11,161 nt of DNA, from assembly GCA_043228905.1 (NCBI GenBank), contig JBHGNT010001183.1:1-11161 (forward strand), written 5' to 3'. The notes under the pieces were generated by a model that saw nothing but the letters and a program-made list of their open reading frames with translations, was not told the DNA's origin and searched no databases. This document shows positions 1-7,219 of the stretch, piece after piece (positions within the stretch are counted from its first letter, which is position 1; each line of letters begins with the position of its first letter). The stretch comes from Azolla caroliniana (taxonomy: Eukaryota; Plantae; Polypodiophyta). A program made the translations under genes and the position numbers.

Positions 1-2915
1 GCGGAGGAAGACCGGTTTCGGAGAATGCTCGGAAGGCACGGGAAAGCCTTCGCATTCTCACCGGAAGAGATCGGGTGCGTAGACCCGACAATCGTGGAGC
101 CGATGGTGATATTCACGGTACCGCATGTACCGTGGAATCTCAAGCCGATTCCAGTACCGAGAGCTCACATCCCGAAGTTGATGGAGCTATTGAGGCAAAA
201 AGTCGATATGGGCATTCTCGAACCGTCAAGTGCCCCATACTCGAACCGATGGTTTACCGTACCGAAGAAAAACGGAACATTGCGCTTCATTCAAGACCTA
301 CAGCCGGTCAACAGAGTGACCATCCGGAACGCAGGAATCGGACCGACCATAGACGAGTTCGCGGAGGCCTTCGCCGGAAGGTTGATTTACTCGGTCGGTG
401 ATCTGTACTCGGGGTACGACCAGTTCTAGCTAGCCGTGGAGAGCAGAGACATTACAACGATGCGAACTCCCCTCGGCCTAGTGCAAATGTGTACCCTGCC
501 ATAAGGAGGGACCAACTCGGTGGCCCACATGGTGAATGCAATGAACAAGGTACTGAGGGATTGCATCCCGGACATCACCATGCCGTTTCTAGACGACATC
601 CCGATCAAGGGGTGCCCGGTGGAAGAGAAGGATGAGACACTCGGGCCGGACGGATGACGGCGATTCATATCAACACACATCGACGACTGCGAGAAGGTGC
701 TACAAAGGCTAGAGGATGTGAGGCTCACCTTCTCCGGGGAGAAATCGGCCTTCGGGCAATCAGAAATCCTGGTGGTCGGACACCTATGTGGACCGTATGG
801 CCGGAAGCCATCTCCAGCAAAAGTAGAAGCCATCTCCGCGATGAAGACTGACTGTAGCTCGGTTACGGAAGTTCGAAGGTTCTTGGGGGCATGCGCATTC
901 TACCACATATGGATCCCACATTACGCCCACGTTGCGGAGCCGCTATACGGGTTGCTGAAGAAGGGGCGAAAATTCGAGTGGCGAGACGAGCACACGGAGT
1001 CGGTCCGGAGCTACAGGGAGCTCTTGCGGAGCCACCAGCGCTCTGGAAGGCTGTCTACGGGAAGGGTACCCCGGTATACATAACGGTGGATACGAGTCCG
1101 ACCGGGATCGGATGGGTTGTCAACCAAGAAGACGAGGACGGCGTTCGGTTCCCGATCCGATTCGGCGCGAAGGTCCTCAGTGAGTGACAACGAGGGTACG
1201 CCCAGGTTAAACGCGAACTCTGGGGTATCGTTTCGGCAGTAAAGGACGACAAAGACTACCTGATCGGGACGGAAGTGATTATCGAGACGGATTGCCTGCC
1301 GATTCTCGGCATGGTTTCCGGGTGCGCGACACCGGACCTGGCGATGCTTAGGTGGATAGCATACATCAAGTCCCTGGACCCGGAAATACGACACATTTCC
1401 GGAAAGGACAACGCCATGGCCGACATGCTTTCGAGGGCGAGGTTTGATGACGAGGGCAGCATGGTTTCGGAGGACGAAGAAGTCGGCGTGGACTTCTTCG
1501 AGGCAGTGTACGTGACGACCGATGGGACAGGCACTCCGGCACTTAACGGCTTCGACGAGAGCAAGTACGATAGCGAGTGGCTACAAATCGGTGGTTTCTT
1601 GAAGACAATGACGCCGGATGCGTCATGGACGAGGGACAAGACCAACCGGATCCGGAAGAAAGCATACCGATTCTTTCTCCGGGATGGATACTTATGGAAG
1701 CACCTGAAGAAGAGGAACGACGCCCCGCTTCGGGTGGTGGCGATGAAGGAAGAACAGGAGGAGCTGCTGACGGCCTACCACGACAGCCCTTGGGCTGGAC
1801 ACCGTGGAACGTGGGCCACGTTCGAGAAGATAAAGGGGAAGTATTGGTGGCCGGGACTGTACCGGGACGTGCATCAGTTCGTGACAACTTGCGAGAGCTG
1901 CCAGATGCACTCCGTAGTCCGACATCGGGACGAGCTTCACCCTACGTACCCTCCGACCATCCACTTCAAATGGATGGTAGATCTGGTGACGATGCCGATG
2001 GGAGTAGGACAGATGCGGTATCTGGTCCTGGCTCGGGAAGATCTGACGAACCAGGTGGAAGGCCAAGCCCTTCAGAACAAAACGACCGCGGCCGTATGTC
2101 GGTTCCTGATCGAGGACGTGATATGCCGGTACGGGTGCGTGGGGAAGATCGTGGCTAATCGCGAGGAGTTGGACGCCGAAGAGGCCGAGGAGCTGTTCGA
2201 CCGGCTAGGAGTCAAGCTCTCGCTTACCACTGCGTACAATCCGGAGGCGAATGGGAAGGTGGAGCGCGGACACGGACCGATCGTCAAGGCGTTAGTTCGG
2301 GCATGCGGGGGTCAAGTCGGGAACTGGTCGTGGCTGCTGCCTTACGCGTTGTGGGCAGACCGAACTACGCACAGTTCGGTAACCGGATTCATGGCGGCAG
2401 AGCTCATGTTTGGGCAGAAGCCGATCATGCCGATGGAACGTACGATCTCCTCATGGGCAACCGTGGACTGGAGAGACGAGATGAGCCGGGAGGAACTGTT
2501 GGCGGCGCGCATACGACAGCTCGAGCGAAGACCGGAGGACGTGGATCAGGCCGCGGGAAAGCTTCGGGTGGCAAGGACGAGGAACAAAGCCCGGTTCGAC
2601 CGAACGCACCGGCTCCGACCGAAGAAGATCGAGGAAGGCGACGGGGTGCTAGTCTACGACAACAGCCTCGACAACCAGCACCGAGCGACACGAAAGTTCG
2701 CGAGAAGGTGGTTCGGACCTTACGTGGTACAAAGCGCCCACGACAACGGGACGTACCATCTGGCGGAACTTGACGGCACGAGAATGGCGATACCGGTAGT
2801 TGGGAAGCGGATCAAAGCGTTCAAAAAGCGTCACGACGACGAGCCGGATCCGGTTAACCTGGACCGCGACGACGAACGATTCGAAACCGAGGAAGAACCG
2901 ACGGGCGGAGAATGA
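1..2915 (+). pseudogene. pol: Disrupted Gypsy pol polyprotein (RT, RNase H, integrase)
   Basis: Frame 1 gives RT motifs PYSNRWFTVPKKNG, LRFIQDLQPVN, DLYSGYDQF, LP*GGTNS, PFLDD (586-597), VRRFLG. In-frame stops: TAG 427-429, TAA 502-504, TGA 655-657. A frameshift near 1009 leads to frame 3 (RNase H ITVDTSPTGIGW, YAQVKRELWG, IIETDCLP, NAMADMLSR) with TGA at 1185-1187, then the frame is open to 2915. Confidence 0.95.
1275..2915 (+). CDS. Residual 546-aa open segment of pol: RNase H C-terminus plus integrase (not an independent gene)
   Basis: H-x6-H-x29-C-x2-C zinc finger from 1779; core WMVDLV...IVA(N)REE...NGKVERGH; RWFGPY motif; short acidic tail. The second catalytic Asp position reads Asn (AAT 2157-2159). 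Confidence 0.7.
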   Translation: MIIETDCLPILGMVSGCATPDLAMLRWIAYIKSLDPEIRHISGKDNAMADMLSRARFDDEGSMVSEDEEVGVDFFEAVYVTTDGTGTPALNGFDESKYDSEWLQIGGFLKTMTPDASWTRDKTNRIRKKAYRFFLRDGYLWKHLKKRNDAPLRVVAMKEEQEELLTAYHDSPWAGHRGTWATFEKIKGKYWWPGLYRDVHQFVTTCESCQMHSVVRHRDELHPTYPPTIHFKWMVDLVTMPMGVGQMRYLVLAREDLTNQVEGQALQNKTTAAVCRFLIEDVICRYGCVGKIVANREELDAEEAEELFDRLGVKLSLTTAYNPEANGKVERGHGPIVKALVRACGGQVGNWSWLLPYALWADRTTHSSVTGFMAAELMFGQKPIMPMERTISSWATVDWRDEMSREELLAARIRQLERRPEDVDQAAGKLRVARTRNKARFDRTHRLRPKKIEEGDGVLVYDNSLDNQHRATRKFARRWFGPYVVQSAHDNGTYHLAELDGTRMAIPVVGKRIKAFKKRHDDEPDPVNLDRDDERFETEEEPTGGE

Positions 2916-2975
2916 AGGCTGGACCGGTTTTCTCCGTCCCGACTCAATTTGGCGCATGCCGGAGGATGCGCGGTT

Positions 2976-2988
2976 AGGTGGGGGCGGA
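2976..2988 (+). promoter_or_regulatory. Polypurine tract of element A
   Basis: AGGTGGGGGCGGA immediately 5' of the LTR-starting TG at 2989. Confidence 0.85.
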
Positions 2989-3639
2989 TGTCGTGAAGAA
3001 AACCGTCCACAAGCAGAATCGGTACACCGGAGTGTAGGAACCGGCTCTTCATGCATGTACGCCTTATATTGTACATAAGAGAGAATTAGGTACATAGAAG
3101 ATCCTAGGTAGGTAGATTCGGTAGGTAGGAAGTTCATGGGAAACGGCTCCTTCCTTGCCTATAAGAGGAGGGAGACGAGGAGGGGAAAAGGGAATCACGA
3201 ATAGAAGAGGACGAAGTGTTGTCGGTTTGTGGGCGAAGGCTTCTCTCTCTCTCCCCCCAAGCTCCGTGGCTTCTTTCTGTGCAGGTTTCGGGAGGCTCGC
3301 GCTGCTCTGAGGAATGCCCAAGTGGTTCCGGCAGCACCTCCAACCTACTCTTTTCTTTCTGTGCGTTTACGAACAGGCATTGGCATCTGTTCGCCGGCCT
3401 GTTCGGTTGTAACCGACTTCGTGCTTCTTGTCGTTTGTCTTGTTAATATATATATTTACATACATTCGTGTCTCTCTGTGTCGGGGTCGCACTCGCGTCT
3501 TTGTGTCGAAGGGCCGTGTCCCTGTGAATCTACGCTCGCACGTAGTGGGTTCCCTCCCTTCTCCTTTCTCTCTTGCCCTTCGGTACAAGACCCCCGAGGT
3601 CCCGCCTCATTCCACGCATCCGCGAGGAATACCACGACA
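2989..3639 (+). repeat. 3' LTR of element A (651 bp)
   Basis: TG...CA ends with perfect 7-bp terminal inverted repeat TGTCGTG/CACGACA. Colinear with the reverse complement of 6252-6904, with the first 20 bp identical. Unrelated integrase sequence starts at 3640. Confidence 0.93.
3160..3166 (+). promoter_or_regulatory. Putative TATA box of LTR A
   Basis: TATAAGA about 170 bp into the LTR; the aligned position in the solo LTR has TATAAA (6730..6725, minus strand). Confidence 0.55.
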
Positions 3640-4868
3640 CCGTGTTGTTGTATGAAAACTCTAATCATCTTGTTAATAACTGATGAAGCATCGAAGATAC
3701 TGTTCGAGCGTATTTGTGCACTCTGTTTGTCTGTCAATTTGTGGATGATAACCCGAAGAGAGTTTGCAGAGATTTTGAGGCCTGCCCATATGTGCTTCCA
3801 AAAGTGAGAGATAAATTGAGAACCACGATTGCTAATTATATCGTTTGGAAGACCATAATGGCAAACACTTCACGCATAATGAAATTTGCGGTTTCTTGAC
3901 TATTGGTGCTCTTTACACATGGCAAAAAATGCGCCATCTTGGTAAATCGATCCACTATTGTTAAAATAGTATCAAAGCCTCTGGAAGGTGGCAAATCCGT
4001 AATGAAATCCATAGAAATAGATTGCCATGGCTTGTTAGGAGGCGGTAATGGTTGTAGCAAGCCATAAGGATGATGCCTGGGTATTTTGGCGCGACAACAA
4101 TGTCACATGTGTGAACATAATCTTCGACAAATTTTTGTAAGTGAGGCCACGAAAACGAACGCTTCACTAACTCAACGGTCTTGGCAATACCAAAATGTCC
4201 AGCCATAGGGCATCATGACAATGTTCTAACACTTGAACTCGAGGTGATCCGTCAAGGACATAAAGGAGATTCTTGTAGAAGAGTAGGTCATCTTGGCACG
4301 TGCAATCCTGATAGTGTTTAGATGACCCTTGCAATGTGGAGCAAGATGCATGGCTTGAACCAATGTGGGCTAAGACATCCTCAGTTAAATTGTCAGAGTG
4401 AAATTGTTGCCAAATAGTATCAAGAAGGCTTGAATCAAGTGGCGTGGCATAAACTGTTGTTGTCTGTAGCTTTGATGGTCCGAGGAGAATCTACTTTTGA
4501 TAGTCTAAGGCTGGATCTCTAGGTCGAAGTGCCAAATATGAACGACGAGACAAAGCATTTGCTTTCCCTTATTGTTTTCCAGGGCGAAAAATGATCTTGA
4601 AATCGAAATGAGTTAGAAATTGGGCCCACCGAGCTTGTCGCCTATCTAACACTTGAGCTATTCAAAAATATGTAAGATTTTTGTGATCGCTATAAATGAT
4701 GATCTGATGAGGCAATCTTTCTAAGAAATGTCACCATTGCTCGAAAGAGTCAACCACGTCTAGTAACTCCTTGTCATGCACCTCATAGTTTATCTCCGCA
4801 ACATTAAATTTTCTCGAGTGATACGCGACTGGATGGGACTGCCCATCCTCGCCTGGTTGCGATAGGAT
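3640..4868 (-). pseudogene. pol: Decayed Ty3/Gypsy pol fragment (element B): RNase H plus integrase, chromovirus/Tcn1-Tf2-like
   Basis: Minus-strand translation across frames: [36 protein letters not shown]...IYSDHKNL; CHDAPMAGHFGIAKT...CDI; [35 protein letters not shown]; [14 protein letters not shown]; LSSGYHPQIDRQTE; LEQYLRCFISY*QDD*; EFSYNNT. Multiple stops (e.g. 4731-4733, 3673-3675, 3661-3663) and frameshifts. The chromodomain region is not in the window, so the clade is inferred from motif style. Confidence 0.9.
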
Positions 4869-5264
4869 TGTGAAAGATTATGTGCAGAAGCAATAGAAAA
4901 ACGAACATAGAGAAAATACGCAGGTTTAATGGAGAGCTTGAGTATACACAGTACGCGGGAGAGATAGAGAGAGAACACAGAGAACTCAATTAAAAAATGC
5001 TAACTCTGTACATACATCGTGCTTAGTGAGCACCTTTTATACAAGCCCTAACAATGGGCTGACACAAGTGCTGGCAGTGCTTGACTGCTCATAAATGAGC
5101 CTCGACACTTACTCCCAAAACTATTCCTTATGAGGAATATCTTTCAAATGGCCTCGCGGTTTACGCACCGCTATGACCATGTTATGCGTACCGATTTTAC
5201 GCACCCAGTCTACGCACTGGTTACGCATCATATTACGCACAAATGTTGAGCTTGTCTCTCAACA
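4869..5264 (-). repeat. 3' LTR of Copia element C (~396 bp)
   Basis: Starts TGTTGAG at 5264 right after the PPT and ends ...CTTTCACA at 4869 (alternative end ...TTTCA at 4871), where element B coding sequence resumes. TATAAAA at 5041..5035. The partner LTR is not in the window. Confidence 0.8.
5161..5240. repeat. Array of (T)TACGCA(C) motifs in the U3 region of the Copia LTR
   Basis: TTACGCAC at 5161, 5197, 5233; CTACGCAC at 5210; TTACGCAT at 5221; degenerate TTATGCGT at 5182. Confidence 0.8.
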
Positions 5265-6251
5265 CTCCCCCTGAAGCTCAACTTGAGGTTCCGCTTGCTC
5301 CACCGAATCTACGTTCCGGCTTCTCCTGGCTCCACGCCTCGCTTGCGCTCCTCGGCCTATTCGACTCTGCGCGCTTTGACCCTTCTGGTCGGCTTGTCTG
5401 CTCCCACGACCCTTCACAGCTCCCTTGTTGTCGCGGTGTTGGCGTTTCTCCTGTTACCTTCTTTTCCGTTTGGCCCTTGGTTGATTCAACGTATCCGAAT
5501 CAAACATCTGAACCGACTCGGCTCCCTCCGATCGGTTTTCGCTCTCGTCCGAGTTGGCTGTCTCCAATTCGTCTTCGGTCTTCTCTCCCTTAATGGCTTC
5601 GTCTTGCCCACACTTGGTTGGCTTCGGCTCTTCCGAGGGTCCGCCCTCGGCTTCTTTAGCCGATCCGAAATCGAATTCGACATCCGACTCAGCGTCACGG
5701 TCTTCTCTCCCCCTTTCGTGGTCATTTGGGACATCTCTCACCCTCAAGTTCGGCACGTCAAGATGACGCAACCCAAGCGCACCCGAGAATTGCCACAACT
5801 TGTTCCGTCCAAGAGGTTTGGTGAAGATGTCGGCGGTCTGCCGATCCGTCGGAACATGCTGAAGTTCGACTTCACTAGAAAGGACATGCTCACGGACGAA
5901 ATGGTAGTGCACCTCAATGTGCTTGGTCCGTGCGTGGAAAACGGGGTTCTTCGCGAGCTAGATGCTGTTGAGGTTGTCGCAATAGATCGTCGTTGGATCG
6001 AACACCTCTACCTGTAGATCCTTAAGTCGCGACAGCCGCTCCTCGGTACTCGGCTTCGGTGCTCGACAGTGCAACTGTTGGCTGCTTCTTATTGCACCAC
6101 GCTACCGCGGCACTCCCAAGAGAGCACGTGTATCCGAACGTGGATCGGCGATCGGCGGCGTTGCCGGCCCAATCAACATCGGTGTAGCCGACTAACTGCG
6201 AGGTTGTACCGGTCTGATATAGCAGTCCCCGATCCTTAGTGCCGCTTACGT
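5259..6251 (-). pseudogene. pol: Copia pol 3' part: RT/RNase H junction, RNase H and long C-terminal extension
   Basis: YVSGTKDRGLLY...VGYTDVDWAGNAADRRSTFGY...WCNKKQPTVALSSTEAEYRG; frameshifting deletion near 6025; [32 protein letters not shown]...ADIFTKPL (TAG 5960..5958); then an extension with one TAA (5456..5454) ending ELQGEC* at 5259. Confidence 0.92.
5265..5275 (-). promoter_or_regulatory. Polypurine tract of Copia element C
   Basis: Minus strand TTCAGGGGGAG|TGTTG, matching the usual plant Copia (TTGA)GGGGGAG|TGTTG junction. Confidence 0.88.
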
Positions 6252-6904
6252 TGTCGCGTTGCTACGCGCGTGCGTGGAGAAAACGAGGCGGGACCACCGG
6301 GGTCTTGAACCGAAGAGCAGGTGATAGGAGGGGAAAGAGAAAGAGAGAGAGACGACCGGTTACGTATGAGCAAAGAAACACAGGGACACGGCCCGTCAAC
6401 GCAGAGAACGCGAATGGACACAGAGACAGAGAGACACGAAAGTTTGTATATTAACGAATAACAAATACACAACAGAGCGCGCGAGCAGTTACAACCGACC
6501 AGGCCGGCGAACAGATGTTGATGCCTGTTCGTTTGTGCACGAAAAGGGATAGGATGGAGGTGCTGCCGGAAGCACACGAGCGTTCCTCGAAGCAGCACGA
6601 GCCTCCCGAAAACCTGCAGAGAAGAGCGATAGAGAACAAACAGAGGAGAAGCGTTCGGTTACGGTCCGACAGCACTTCGTCCTCCTTAACGCGCGATCCC
6701 CTTCTCCCCTGCGTCTCCCTTTTCTTTATAGCGTCCAGAAGGGAGCCGTCTCCCTCATTTACTTCCTACCTACCGAATGTAGCTACCTAGGATATACCTA
6801 TGTACCTAATCCCCTATTATATACATTAAGGGCGTGCACGCGCGAAGAGCCGGTTCACGCGCGCTATGCACCGATTGCGCTAAGGGACGGTTTTCTTCAC
6901 GACA
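6252..6904 (-). mobile_element. Solo LTR (element D, 653 bp) of a family related to element A
   Basis: Minus strand TGTCGTGAAGAAAACCGTCC...CGCGACA, colinear with LTR A. Flanked by direct repeat ACGT (6248-6251, 6905-6908). No PBS/PPT or internal sequence adjacent; both flanks are Copia RT codons. Confidence 0.95.
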
Positions 6905-7219
6905 ACGTATCGCAGTACACGTTGCGCACACTGAAGGTGCTCCTCGGTAGGTCGCGCCATGAACTGACTGATCACCCCGACTAGGTAACTGAGATTGGGT
7001 CGGGTGATTGTCAAGTAGATAAGGCTTTTGACAATTTTTCGGAACCTCGTCGGGTCACATACCTTTCCGGAATTGGTGCGAAGCTTGACAGTTCTATCCA
7101 GAGGAGTCGAGACGGACTTACAGTCGGTCATCCCGAATTTGAAGAGCATACTCAACACATAATGGCGTTGGCTGATCAATATGCCTTCGGGGGTACGGAT
7201 CACTTCGATCCCGAGGAAA
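6905..7219 (-). pseudogene. pol: Copia reverse transcriptase C-terminal fragment
   Basis: FLGIEVIRTPEGILISQRHYVLSMLFKFGMTDCKSVSTPL...LIYLTITRPNLSYLVGVISQFMARPTEEHLQCAQRVLRY, typical Copia RT (RVT_2) end. Joins 6247 in frame once D and one TSD copy are removed. Confidence 0.93.

Larger units (their letters stand above)
1..3639 (+). mobile_element. Ty3/Gypsy LTR retrotransposon (element A), 3' part; non-chromovirus, probably Phygy-like lineage; runs off the left edge
   Basis: Domain order RT-RNaseH-INT is Gypsy. No chromodomain after the GPY motif. PPT at 2976-2988 directly precedes an LTR bounded by TGTCGTG...CACGACA. The lineage name is inference. Confidence 0.95.
4869..7219 (-). mobile_element. 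Ty1/Copia LTR retrotransposon (element C), 5'-truncated and interrupted by a solo LTR
   Basis: RT end followed by RNase H, PPT and LTR, with no integrase downstream of RNase H, is the Copia order. Homology stops abruptly at FLGIEV near 7219. Confidence 0.93.

Noticed and set aside
2820-2915. Chromodomain at the end of element A integrase
   Set aside because: Only about 30 acidic residues follow the GPY module; no aromatic-cage/YLVKW-type motif.
75-3137. Many overlapping alternative-frame and antisense ORFs (e.g. 1577-2158, 2303-2773, 426-833, 2649-3137)
   Set aside because: Expected by-products of GC-rich pol coding sequence; no recognisable domains.
3216-3807. ORFs within or crossing LTR A, and likewise 6236-6790 in the solo LTR
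   Set aside because: They lie in LTR sequence, some cross element junctions, and they are low-complexity translations of CT-rich tracts.
5283-6017. 244-aa hydrophobic plus-strand ORF, a candidate env-like or antisense gene
   Set aside because: It is the antisense shadow of Copia RNase H and the purine-rich tail (GAA/GAG codons read as Phe/Leu on the other strand), has a non-ATG start and shows no independent motif.
2989-6904. A single DNA transposon with ~650-bp terminal inverted repeats
   Set aside because: Each arm is a complete TG...CA LTR. The left arm follows a PPT and pol, the right has its own TSD, and the arms are substantially diverged.
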